A stretch of 24,000 bases of DNA from Rugamonas rivuli (GCF_009380165.1 NZ_WHUF01000009.1:131768-155767), one strand, 5' to 3'; positions 1 through 20,012 are shown, counted from the first letter of the stretch. Notes: generated from the letters alone by a model not told the origin. Numbers and translations: made by a program.

Positions 1-1
1 C

Positions 2-382
2 GCGCCGGGCAAGCGCCGCATCGAGCAGGTGCGCTACAGCTGGCAGGGTTTGACCGAGGCCACCGGCGTGACGTCGGAAGAAATCGGCTTGCGCGCCGCC
101 GACTTCGGCGTGCACTACTGGACCAGCCACCATCCCTACGTGGTGCCGGAGCCGGCCACAATCGAGCCGACCGAATCCTACTCGCGTGCCGACCTCGATG
201 AATTCATCGGCGTGATGCGACACATCGCCGGCGAGGCGCACAGCGATCCTGATCTGGTCAAGACCGCACCGCACAACTGCCCGGTGCACCGCGTGCAGGG
301 CGAGATGCTGGACGATCCTGAGCGTTGGTCCATCACCTGGCGCGCCTATCAACGCAAGCTGGGGGAGCGCGGGCTGGCATGA
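2..382 (+). CDS. C-terminal fragment of a glycine dehydrogenase (decarboxylating) subunit 2 (GcvPB)-like PLP enzyme; 5' end lies outside the window
   Basis: The frame is open from position 2 with no stop until TGA 380-382. The translation ...ATIEPTESYSRADLDEFIGVMRHI...KTAPHNCPVHRV... matches my recollection of the conserved C-terminal IEPTE(S/T)..LD.FI....APH block of GcvPB/P-protein subunit 2. The 'M' at 29 in the ORF track is an internal GTG. Confidence 0.6.
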   Translation, partial: APGKRRIEQVRYSWQGLTEATGVTSEEIGLRAADFGVHYWTSHHPYVVPEPATIEPTESYSRADLDEFIGVMRHIAGEAHSDPDLVKTAPHNCPVHRVQGEMLDDPERWSITWRAYQRKLGERGLA

Positions 383-1512
383 AGATAGGACTGGTGGTCA
401 ATCCCTGGGCAGGCATCGGCGGCCCGGCCGGCCTCAAAGGCTCGGACGGCGCAGACAGCGTGCAGGCCGCGCTGGCGGCTGGCAGCCTGCCGCAGGTGTT
501 CGCGCGCGTGGCCGCCATGTTCGACGCCTGCGGCGAAGCCGCGCAAGCGGCCAGCTGGTACACCGCCGACGGCGCGATGGGGCTGCACGCCTTGCAGGCG
601 GCAGGCCTGCAAGCTTGCGCCGTGGTGCCGGTGGCCTCGCCGTCGCAGGCAATCGACACCCGCCGCGCCGCCTGCATCCTGGCCGGCATGGGGATAGACC
701 TGCTGCTGTTCGCCGGCGGCGACGGCACCGCGCGCGATGTGCTGGATGGCCTGCGCGATGCCGGTGCGATGGGCAGCCTGCCCGTGTTGGGCGTGCCGGC
801 CGGCGTGAAGATGCAGTCGGCGGTATTCGCCAACCATCCGCTGGCGGCGGCGCAGCTGCTGCGCCAGTTGGTGCAGAACGGCCTGGCCGTGTGCTGCGAC
901 GCCGAAGTGATGGACCTGGACGAGGACGCGCTGCGCAGCAACCGGATCGTGCCGCGTCTGTACGGCTATCTGCAACTGCCGCTGGCGCCGACGCTGACGC
1001 AGGGCGGCAAGGCGCGCCATGTCAGCGGCAGCGGCGCGCAGCGCATGGCCATCGCCCGCAGCTTCGCTGAATCCATGGAGGCGCGCTCGCTGTACCTGAT
1101 CGGCCCCGGCTCCACCACGCAGGCCTTGCTGGCGCTGCTGGGCGTGGACGGCACCCTGCTGGGCGTGGACGCGGTGCTGGGCGACGGCACGCTGCTGGCA
1201 CGCGACGCCTCGCGCCGCACGCTGGAGGATTTGGCCGATAGCTGGCAGGAGCCGTTGCACCTGGTGCTGTCGCCGATAGGAGGGCAGGGGCTGGTGCTGG
1301 GACGCGGCAACCAGCAGATTTCACCGCGCCTGTTGCGCACAGCAGGACCGCGTGGGCTGCATGTGCTGGCGCCGCCCGGCAAGCTGATGTCGCTGCACGG
1401 CGGCGTGCTGCGCATCGACAGCGGCGACGCAGAACTCGATGCTGAGTTCAATGGGTATTTGTCGGTGACGACCGGCTACCGGGAGCAGACGATGTGGCCT
1501 GTCTCGGTGTAG
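379..1512 (+). CDS. ATP-NAD kinase family protein (AcoX-like, NAD kinase/diacylglycerol kinase fold)
   Basis: ATG 379-381 overlaps the upstream TGA 380-382 (ATGA). The N-terminus MKIGLVVNPWAGIGG and the FAGGDGTARDV (GGDGT) motif are typical of this family. The ORF-track start at 325 lies inside the upstream gene and was trimmed. Confidence 0.7.
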   Translation: MKIGLVVNPWAGIGGPAGLKGSDGADSVQAALAAGSLPQVFARVAAMFDACGEAAQAASWYTADGAMGLHALQAAGLQACAVVPVASPSQAIDTRRAACILAGMGIDLLLFAGGDGTARDVLDGLRDAGAMGSLPVLGVPAGVKMQSAVFANHPLAAAQLLRQLVQNGLAVCCDAEVMDLDEDALRSNRIVPRLYGYLQLPLAPTLTQGGKARHVSGSGAQRMAIARSFAESMEARSLYLIGPGSTTQALLALLGVDGTLLGVDAVLGDGTLLARDASRRTLEDLADSWQEPLHLVLSPIGGQGLVLGRGNQQISPRLLRTAGPRGLHVLAPPGKLMSLHGGVLRIDSGDAELDAEFNGYLSVTTGYREQTMWPVSV

Positions 1513-1566
1513 TGGCAGCAAATACAAGGCAGTAAAAAAATAACGATAACTATCTGGAGATTCCAA

Positions 1567-11340
<9,774 letters not shown>

Positions 11341-12120
11341 TTATGCCGATCCGGCCAGGCCGCCGCCATCCACCACCAGCGCATCGCCGGTGACGAAGGA
11401 GGCGCGATCCGATGCGAGGAACAGCACCGCCTGCGCGATCTCGTGCGGCTGGCCCACGCGCATCAGCGGACGGCCGGCGCCTGCCGCCACCAGCGCGGTT
11501 TCTTCAAGCCCCAGCTGCTGCGCTTCGTTGCGCAGCATGGGCGTGTCGGTGTCGCCGGGGCAGACGCAGTTGACGCGGATGTTCTGCGGGCCGTGGTCCA
11601 CCGCCATGGCCTTGGTCAGGATCACCACCGCGCCCTTGGAAGCGCAGTAGGACACGGCGTCCTTGCCGCCCACCAGCCCCCAGCCGGAGGCGGTGTTGAT
11701 GATGCTGCCGCCACCCTGCTGCTGCATGACAGGCACCGCGTATTTGCACATCAGGAAAATCGATTTGACGTTGACCGCCATGACCTGATCCCACTCCTGC
11801 TCGGTGGTGTCGATCACGTTGGCGCGGCGGGTGATGCCGGCGTTGTTGAACAGGACGTCGAGCCGGCCGTAGCGCGACACGGCCGCCGCCACCGCCGCCG
11901 CGCAATCGGCGGCCACGGCGACATCGGTGCGGATGAAGGAGGCGCGCGCGCCGGTGGCGACGATCGCCGCCACGGCCAGCTCGCCGGCCGCGCCGTCGCG
12001 GTCGGCGATCAGCACCGTGGCGCCTTCACGTGCAAACAATTCCGCCGTGGCGCGGCCGATGCCGGACGCGCCTCCCGTGATCAACGCCACCTTGCCTGCC
12101 AGTTCGCCTTGCTGATGCAT
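11341..12120 (-). CDS. Classical short-chain dehydrogenase/reductase (SDR), first gene of the ebg-like operon
   Basis: GGAGA lies 8 nt upstream of ATG 12120. The protein carries the cofactor motif TGGASGIG, NNAG, and the catalytic S...YCASK (YxxxK). It is 259 aa long. Confidence 0.9.
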   Translation of the reverse strand: MHQQGELAGKVALITGGASGIGRATAELFAREGATVLIADRDGAAGELAVAAIVATGARASFIRTDVAVAADCAAAVAAAVSRYGRLDVLFNNAGITRRANVIDTTEQEWDQVMAVNVKSIFLMCKYAVPVMQQQGGGSIINTASGWGLVGGKDAVSYCASKGAVVILTKAMAVDHGPQNIRVNCVCPGDTDTPMLRNEAQQLGLEETALVAAGAGRPLMRVGQPHEIAQAVLFLASDRASFVTGDALVVDGGGLAGSA

Positions 12121-12165
12121 GTGCTGTCTCCATTTTTATGGGTTATGCGCTATGTTGCCCTCATT

Positions 12166-12181
12166 TTGTCCACGTTGACAA
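12166..12181. promoter_or_regulatory. Candidate LacI/GalR-type operator in the divergent control region
   Basis: TTGTCCACGTTGACAA is a 16-bp dyad with 7 of 8 pairs and a central CG. The inner 14-mer TGTCCACGTTGACA fits the LacI-family/cre-type pattern TGWNANCGNTNWCA at 9 of 10 constrained positions. It lies 46-61 nt upstream of the SDR start codon. Confidence 0.3.
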
Positions 12182-12359
12182 ATGAATACTCTGCATGGCA
12201 TGCATAAACCCAGCTAATGAGTCGCGAGGCGCCTCGTAGATGGCCAGCCATGCATGGATTTGATGGATGGCGGAGCGGAATTGATTGTTCTTGTGATAAA
12301 TGTTGCTTTGTTGGATACTCTGGCGGCTGTCTTTGATTCTTACTCTAAAAGGAGACCCC

Positions 12360-14330
12360 ATGTCAAAAACACTGCCTGTCATGCGTCTGTTGTTGCTGTC
12401 CATGTTGAGCGCCACCGCCATGGCTGACGATGCCGTGCTGGCGCCGCCTGCCGCGCTGGTGATGGAGAACGTGCCGCCGGTGCCTGCCGCGCTGGCCAGC
12501 CAGCTGACCAAGTACACCGAGTTCAAGCCGACCAGCTTCACCGACTGGCATCCGACCAAGCAGGAAATGCTGGTGGTGCGGCGCTACAAGAACACGCCGC
12601 AGATCTACCGCGTGGCCAAGCCCGGCGCTCCGCTGGAACTGCTGACCGACTATGCGGAACCGGTGCGTGGCGCCAGCTTCCAGCCCAAGCATGGCAAGTT
12701 CTTCGTATTCATCAAGGACAGCGGCGGCAATGAAGTATTCCGCGCCTACCGCCGCGACGTGGCCGGCGGCGACGCCGTGCCGTTCACCCCGGACGGCCAG
12801 CGCGTGCAGGACATGGTCTGGAGCAGCAGCGGCAAGCAGGTGCTGTATGTGACGGTGCCGGTCGGCCGCACCGGATCGGCCGACAAGATCAATTCCACCA
12901 TCGCCATCGTCGATCCGCTCAATCCGGACGGCGCGCGCACGCTGACCGAGCTGCCGGGCGGCGGCTGGGGCGGCTTCAAGTTCTCGCCCGACGACAAGCA
13001 ACTGGTCTACGGCGAATACGTGTCGGCCAACGAAAGCTATCTGTGGCTGATGGACCTGGCCACCGGCAAGACGCGCCGCATCACCGGCAAGAACGGCGAC
13101 GAGCCGGTGGCCTATTCCTCCGCGTTGTTCAGCAAGGATGGCAAGGGCCTGTACCTTGTCACCGACTCCGGCAGCGAATTCCAGCGCCTGGCGTATCTCG
13201 ACCTGAAGACCATGAAGTCCACCGTGCTCACCGCGGATATCCCATGGGACATCGACGGCGTCGCCCTGTCCGAGGACAACAAGCTGCTCGCGTTTGTCGC
13301 CAACGAAGACGGCACCAGCGTGCTGCGAGTGATGCGCACCGCCGACCGCAAGCTGCTGCCCGCGTTCAAGCTGCCGAAGGGCACCATCGCCAATTTCCAA
13401 TGGCACAAGGACAGCCGCAGCCTGGCGGTGGCGCTGACCTCGGCCACCAGCCCATCGGAAGTGTACGCGGTCGACGTCAAGACCAACGCCGTCACGCGCT
13501 GGACCGAGCATGAGAAGCTCGCTATCGACAACAGCAAGTTCGCCGAGCCGACCATCGCCCGCTGGAATTCGTTCGACGGCAAGTCGATCTCCGGCTTCGT
13601 GTACCGCGCGCCGGCCGGCAAGTTCCCAGGCAAGCGGCCGGTGTTGATCAACATCCATGGCGGACCGGAAGGCCAGTTCCAGCCAGGCTTCATGGGGCGC
13701 AGCAATTACTTCACGGACGAGATGGGGCTGGCCGTCATCTACCCCAACGTGCGCGGCTCCAGCGGCTACGGCAAGACCTTCCTCAAGCTGGACAACGGCA
13801 TGCTGCGCGAGGATTCGGTCAAGGATATCGGCGCGCTGCTGGACTGGATCGCTACCCAGCCGGACCTGGATGCATCACGCGTGGCGGTGATGGGCGGCAG
13901 CTACGGCGGCTACATGTCGCTGGCGGTGTCGACCAACTACGCCGACCGCATCAAGGCTTCGGTCGACATCGTCGGCATTTCCAACTTCGTCACCTTCCTG
14001 GAGAAGACCGAATCCTACCGTCGCGACCTGCGCCGCGTGGAGTACGGCGACGAGCGCGATCCGGAAATGCGCAAGTTCATGGAGAAGATCGCGCCGCTGA
14101 ACAACGCGGCCAAGATCAAGCAGCCGCTGTTTGTGGTGCAGGGCAAGAACGATCCGCGCGTGCCTTACCAGGAAGCCGACCAGATCGTCGCCACCGTCAA
14201 GCAGAACGGCACGCCGGTCTGGTACATGATGGCCAACGACGAAGGCCACGGCTTCAACAAGAAGGCCAACGCCGACTACCAGTTCTACTCCACCATCAAC
14301 TTCCTGAACCAGCACCTGCTGGCGAAGTAA
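12360..14330 (+). CDS. Secreted S9 family serine peptidase (prolyl oligopeptidase/dipeptidyl-peptidase type, N-terminal beta-propeller plus alpha/beta-hydrolase domain)
   Basis: AAAGGAG lies just upstream of ATG 12360. The signal peptide is MSKTLPVMRLLLLSMLSATAMA/DD. The catalytic motifs are GGSYGGYM (Ser), QGKNDPRVP (Asp) and NDEGHGF (His). The ORF-track start at 12300 has no RBS. Confidence 0.9.
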   Translation: MSKTLPVMRLLLLSMLSATAMADDAVLAPPAALVMENVPPVPAALASQLTKYTEFKPTSFTDWHPTKQEMLVVRRYKNTPQIYRVAKPGAPLELLTDYAEPVRGASFQPKHGKFFVFIKDSGGNEVFRAYRRDVAGGDAVPFTPDGQRVQDMVWSSSGKQVLYVTVPVGRTGSADKINSTIAIVDPLNPDGARTLTELPGGGWGGFKFSPDDKQLVYGEYVSANESYLWLMDLATGKTRRITGKNGDEPVAYSSALFSKDGKGLYLVTDSGSEFQRLAYLDLKTMKSTVLTADIPWDIDGVALSEDNKLLAFVANEDGTSVLRVMRTADRKLLPAFKLPKGTIANFQWHKDSRSLAVALTSATSPSEVYAVDVKTNAVTRWTEHEKLAIDNSKFAEPTIARWNSFDGKSISGFVYRAPAGKFPGKRPVLINIHGGPEGQFQPGFMGRSNYFTDEMGLAVIYPNVRGSSGYGKTFLKLDNGMLREDSVKDIGALLDWIATQPDLDASRVAVMGGSYGGYMSLAVSTNYADRIKASVDIVGISNFVTFLEKTESYRRDLRRVEYGDERDPEMRKFMEKIAPLNNAAKIKQPLFVVQGKNDPRVPYQEADQIVATVKQNGTPVWYMMANDEGHGFNKKANADYQFYSTINFLNQHLLAK

Positions 14331-14336
14331 GCTGCC

Positions 14337-15287
14337 TCAGTACGGCGAGCCGGTGACGTCCAGGTCCAGTTTCCAGAGGGCGCCGGCGCCGGTGATGTAG
14401 AGCGTCTTGCCGCTAACGCCGCCGAAAGCGGCGTTAGTCACATTGGCGTCCACCTTGATGGTGGCGATCTGCTTGCCCTTGGGCGTGAACACGCGCAGGC
14501 GCTTGTCGGTGTGCTCGGTGACGTAGATGTTGCCGTAGCAATCGACCGCCATGCCGTCCGGGATGCCCAGTGGGGACACCAGGTCGCGTCCCTGCTGCGG
14601 CTGGCCGTTGACGATGGCGTAGGCGCGCAGCACGCCGTGCTCGCCCACCATGCCGTTCACATACAGCACATCGCCTTTGGGCGACAGCGATACGCCGTTG
14701 GGGTTGATCAGCGTATCGTCCACCACCGTCACGCTGCCGTCCACGGCCACGCGGTAGACGCGGGTCTTGTCCTGGCCGCCCGGCGCGGCGTCGCGCTGGA
14801 AGGACGGGTCGCTGAAGTACAGCGTGCCGTCCCTGGCCATCGCCATGTCGTTGGGCGAGTTGAAGACATTGCCCTGGTACTTGCCCGCCACCTCGCTGCG
14901 CTGGCCGTCCAGCGTGTAGCGCGACACGCTCTTGTACTTGTGGGTGGCGGCCAGGATATTGCCGTCGTTGTCCACCGCCAGGCCGTTGCTGCCGCTGTCT
15001 TCGATCACCGTGCTGACCCGGCCCGCCGCGTCGAGCTTGCGGATGCGCGAAGGGAAGCCGGAGCCGAAGGTGAAGTCGGAAAAATACAGCGCATCCTTGA
15101 TCCAGACCGGGCCTTCGTACAGGCCGGGTTCCTTGCGGTCCGGGTTGGCGGCAGCGATGCGCTGCGCCACCAGTTCGCCGGCGGGCGCCTTGCCGGTGCA
15201 GGCGGCGGCTTGCGAGGAAGGCGCCGACACGATGGCGGCGGCGATAGCCACCAGGGAGGTGAAAGTCTTCATCGTATCAGGCTGCAT
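14337..15287 (-). CDS. Secreted SMP-30/gluconolactonase/LRE-family beta-propeller protein (putative lactonase)
   Basis: The N-terminal signal sequence is (MQPDT)MKTFTSLVAIAAAIVSAPSSQAAAC. Repeated propeller-blade motifs are present: NGLAVDNDGNILAA, PNDMAMARDGTLYFSD, PNGVSLSPKGDVLYV and PDGMAVDCYGNIYV. The start is ambiguous between ATG 15287 and ATG 15272. Confidence 0.8.
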   Translation of the reverse strand: MQPDTMKTFTSLVAIAAAIVSAPSSQAAACTGKAPAGELVAQRIAAANPDRKEPGLYEGPVWIKDALYFSDFTFGSGFPSRIRKLDAAGRVSTVIEDSGSNGLAVDNDGNILAATHKYKSVSRYTLDGQRSEVAGKYQGNVFNSPNDMAMARDGTLYFSDPSFQRDAAPGGQDKTRVYRVAVDGSVTVVDDTLINPNGVSLSPKGDVLYVNGMVGEHGVLRAYAIVNGQPQQGRDLVSPLGIPDGMAVDCYGNIYVTEHTDKRLRVFTPKGKQIATIKVDANVTNAAFGGVSGKTLYITGAGALWKLDLDVTGSPY

Positions 15288-16266
15288 TCTCGGTAGGGCG
15301 GTGGACGATCACGCAGTCGCGGCCGGCGTGCTTGGCGGCGTACAGGCAGCTGTCGGCGGCGGCCAGCATGGTGGCGGCGTCGTTCAGGGTGTTCTTGTCG
15401 TAGGTGGCCACGCCTATGCTCATCGTCACGTGCGGGCGGGTGGCGGCCGGCGCGTGCGTGATCGCCAGCGCGGCGATGCGGGCGCGGATCGCCTCGGCGT
15501 GCAGGGCCGCTTGTTCCGGGCCGGTGTCCGGCAGCACGGCGGCGAATTCCTCGCCGCCGTAGCGGGCGGCCAGGTCGGCCGGGCGTTGCAGCATGCCGGC
15601 GAAGGCTTCCGCCACCAGCGTCAGGCAGGCGTCGCCCTGCTGGTGGCCGAAGTGGTCGTTGTAGGCCTTGAAGGAATCGATGTCCATCAACAGCAGCGAC
15701 AGCTGGCCGTTGTTGCGCTGGGCGCGGCGCAGTTCGCGGTCGAGCGCGACGTCGAAGTGGCGGCGGTTGGCGATGCCGGTCAGGCCGTCCACATACGATT
15801 GCGCGCGCAGCGCCTCGGCCTGGCCGCGCAGCTGGCGCTCGCGGCCGACGGTGGTGCTGATGTCGCTCACCTCGATCAGGCAGAAGCGCTCCTTGCCCTC
15901 GGTGAAGGGCGTCACCGACACCGCCTGCTCGACGCGTTCGCCGCCCCAGGTGCCGGTCGGGTACAGCGGGAAGGGCGAGCGGTTCAGCGCCGGCGACAAT
16001 TGCTGCGGCAGCTTGCTCTGCATGGCGCTCTGCACCGCCTGCTCCAGGCGCTGGCCGCGCAGCTCGGGGAAGAGTTCGAACAGTTCGCAGCCCTGCACGC
16101 GGTGGGCGGACAGGCCGGAATGGCTGGCCAGCCACTGGTTCCACATGACGACGCGGCCGTTGGCGTCGAGCACCATCAGGCCCAGGTTGGCCAGCCCGAG
16201 CACGCGCCCGGACAGATGGGCGTGGCTGCCGGCGGCAGGCGGGGTGACGATCGTGTTTTCTTGCAT
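15277..16266 (-). CDS. PAS-GGDEF diguanylate cyclase with intact active site and I-site
   Basis: The PAS-like N-terminus reads LMVLDANGRVVMWNQW...F.L. GGEEF is encoded at 15544-15558, as I verified from the nucleotides. RPAD (RxxD) lies five residues upstream of GGEEF, the same spacing as in PleD. ATG 16266 is preceded by CAGGGAAAC. The alternative starts are GTG 16302 and ATG 16290. Confidence 0.85.
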   Translation of the reverse strand: MQENTIVTPPAAGSHAHLSGRVLGLANLGLMVLDANGRVVMWNQWLASHSGLSAHRVQGCELFELFPELRGQRLEQAVQSAMQSKLPQQLSPALNRSPFPLYPTGTWGGERVEQAVSVTPFTEGKERFCLIEVSDISTTVGRERQLRGQAEALRAQSYVDGLTGIANRRHFDVALDRELRRAQRNNGQLSLLLMDIDSFKAYNDHFGHQQGDACLTLVAEAFAGMLQRPADLAARYGGEEFAAVLPDTGPEQAALHAEAIRARIAALAITHAPAATRPHVTMSIGVATYDKNTLNDAATMLAAADSCLYAAKHAGRDCVIVHRPTENAA

Positions 16267-16303
16267 GCGCTGTTTCCCTGGCGTGACCATGTATCGTGCC
16301 ACG

Positions 16304-16309
16304 ATTATA
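16304..16309 (-). promoter_or_regulatory. Perfect TATAAT hexamer (possible -10 of an internal promoter for the PAS-GGDEF/lactonase pair)
   Basis: The minus strand reads ...GCAGCGGCGCGGCTGCGCT-TATAAT-CGTGGCACG..., 38 nt upstream of ATG 16266. There is no convincing -35 element. The hexamer could instead be the T/A tail after a weak 5-bp hairpin (GCAGC/GCTGC, 16313-16328). Confidence 0.25.
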
Positions 16310-16336
16310 AGCGCAGCCGCGCCGCTGCCGGCGATT

Positions 16337-18153
<1,817 letters not shown>

Positions 18154-18157
<4 letters not shown>

Positions 18158-19110
18158 GGCTGCTCCGTCGGCACGCTGTTCAGCGTATTGAGAAAAAGGA
18201 TGATGGCGGCCTTGTCTTGCTTGCTGCCGGTGCGGCCCAGCTGGAACTTGAACATGACGTCGATCGCCTGCTCCAGCGTGGCGGCCGAGCCGTCGTGGAA
18301 GTAGGGACCGGTACGCGCCACGTTGCGCAGGCTGGGCACCTTGAAGACATGCAGGTCGTCGGTGTTGTGCGTGACCATGTAGCGGCCCAGGTCGGCATCG
18401 TTGACGCCGCCGCGGCTGGCGAAGTAGTCGCCCATGACGCCGAATTTCTGGAACATATTGCCGCCGACATTGACGCCCTGGTGGCAGGACACGCAGCCGT
18501 ACTGCTTGAACTTGGCGTAGCCGGCTTGTTCCGCCTCGCTGATGGCGTTGCGGTTGCCGCGCAGGTACTGGTCGAAACGCGCGTTCGGCGTGATCAGCGT
18601 GCGTTCGTAGCTGGCGATGGCGTTGCGCACATTGGCCACCGTCAGGCCGTCGCGGTAGGCCGCCGCGAAGCCGCTGCGGTAGCCGGCGTCGGCGGCCAGC
18701 TTGCCCATGATCTCTTGCCACGACGAGCCCATCTCGACCGGATTGCGTATCACCATGTCGATCTGCGCCTCCAGCGTGTCGGCGCGGCCGTCCCAGAACT
18801 GGCGGAAATTCAGCGCGGCGTTGAGCACGCTGGGGGTGTTGACCGCGCCCAGCTTGCCGCGGAAGCCGGCCGAGCGCGCCCGCGCGTCGCCGCCGCCCTG
18901 TGCGACGTTGTGGCAGCTGGCGCAGGAGACGGCGTTGTTGGACGACAGCCGCGCATCGCTGAACAGGCGCTTGCCCAGCGCGGCCCTGGCCGGGTCCTGG
19001 TGCAGCGTCAGCGGTACCGGCTTAATCGGTTCGTCCAGCGGCGCGGCGGCGGCGGCGAGCGCGGCGGCGGCCAGGCACAGCGGGCCGAGGCGGCGGTAGA
19101 TGGGGGACAT
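18154..19110 (-). CDS. Periplasmic di-haem cytochrome c peroxidase (CCP/MauG family)
   Basis: AGGAG lies 6 nt upstream of ATG 19110. The signal peptide is MSPIYRRLGPLCLAAAALAAAAA. Two haem c motifs were verified at nucleotide level: CASCH (18910-18924) and CVSCH (18481-18495). The family blocks FWDGRA, FKVPSLRNV and GPYFHDGS are present. The protein is 318 aa. Confidence 0.9.
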
Positions 19111-19129
19111 GGGATGCTCCTGTGGCGGC

Positions 19130-20011
19130 TCAGGCGGCCCGGTGGAGGCCGGCGGCGTCGTGCCGCTGCGGCAGCACGACGCGGAAGGTGGTGCCCCGGC
19201 CCAGCTCGGAGCTGACGTCGATGCGGCCGCCGTGCTTGCGCACGATGTCGCGCACCATGGCCAGGCCGAGGCCGGTGCCATGGCCGGCCGGCTTGGTGGT
19301 GAAGAAGGGTTCGAACAGGTGCGGCAGATGGTCGGGCGCGATGCCGCAGCCGTTGTCGCTGACGCTGAACCAGACGTCGCCGTCGTCGACGCCGGTGCGC
19401 AGCGTGATGCGGCCGCGCCGCGGACCCAGCGCGTGGGCGGCGTTGACGACCAGGTTCATCACCACCTGGTTCAGCTGCGAGGGCAGGCAGTACACCGGCG
19501 GCAGCGCGCCATAGTCGCGGACGATGTCGGCGCGGTGCTTGAGCTCGTTGCGCAGCATGTTGAGCGTGGCGTCCATGCCGCGGTGCAGGTCGGCCGCCTC
19601 CCATTGCTGGGCATCGCCGCCGCCGTGCGAGTATTCCTTCAAGTCCTGGACGATCTGGCGTATCCGCCGCATGCCGTCCAGCGATTCCTGCACCAGCTGC
19701 GGCAGGTCGGCGTCGCCGTGGGTTTGCAGCAGCGGCTGCAGCTGTTCTTGCAGCAGCTCCAGGTTGGAGCAGACATAGCCGACCGGGTTGTTGATCTCGT
19801 GGGCGAGGCCGGCGGCGATCTGGCCCAGGCTGGCCATCTTGCCGGCCTGGGCCAGCTGGCGGCGGCTCAGCTCAAGCTGCTGCTGCAAGCCGCGCAGCTG
19901 CTCGTCGTAGCGGGCGTAGCTGGCGCCGATGGCGGTGGTCAGCGCCCTGGCGTCGGGCTCGGCGGCCCCGGGGCCGAACAGGCTGAGCTGGCGCGACAGC
20001 AGCGGGTGCAT
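19130..20011 (-). CDS. Soluble histidine kinase with no recognisable sensor domain (short coiled coil, HisKA, HATPase_c)
   Basis: ATG 20011 lies 1 nt after the stop of the upstream gene (TGA-C-ATG). There are no hydrophobic segments. The H-box is AAGLAHEINNP (His71), the N-box is VMNLVVNAAHAL, and the G-boxes are DNGCGI and GHGTGLGL. The transmitter is clearly paralogous to that of the kinase at 16337-18157. Confidence 0.85.
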   Translation of the reverse strand: MHPLLSRQLSLFGPGAAEPDARALTTAIGASYARYDEQLRGLQQQLELSRRQLAQAGKMASLGQIAAGLAHEINNPVGYVCSNLELLQEQLQPLLQTHGDADLPQLVQESLDGMRRIRQIVQDLKEYSHGGGDAQQWEAADLHRGMDATLNMLRNELKHRADIVRDYGALPPVYCLPSQLNQVVMNLVVNAAHALGPRRGRITLRTGVDDGDVWFSVSDNGCGIAPDHLPHLFEPFFTTKPAGHGTGLGLAMVRDIVRKHGGRIDVSSELGRGTTFRVVLPQRHDAAGLHRAA

Positions 20012-20012
20012 G

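Noticed and set aside
1513-1532. TGGCAG...GGCAG, a possible sigma-54 -24/-12 promoter
   Set aside because: At the required spacing from the GG dinucleotide the sequence is AA, not GC, so it does not fit TGGCAC-N5-TTGCW.
1539-1554. Fur-box-like AT-rich hexamer repeats (AATAAC-GATAAC-TATC) just upstream of the TonB receptor
   Set aside because: By my own alignment only about 11 of 19 positions match the GATAATGATAATCATTATC consensus. The element sits between the likely promoter position and the RBS. The receptor is followed by a glycosidase, which favours carbohydrate rather than iron uptake. This is worth a PWM scan but is not supportable as a call.
12175-12180. Perfect TTGACA -35 hexamer on the + strand
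   Set aside because: No acceptable -10 hexamer lies 16-18 nt downstream (GCATGC or GGCATG). The hexamer is simply one arm of the 16-bp dyad at 12166-12181.
18158-18721. N-terminal extension of the kinase ORF (track 16337-18721), plus similar extensions at 19111-19281, 3918-4154, 12300-12359, 23262-23345 and 325-378
   Set aside because: These extensions overlap the preceding gene in another frame and encode Arg/Pro-rich nonsense. Internal starts with an RBS, a signal peptide, a TM helix or a 4-nt stop/start overlap give biologically sensible N-termini.
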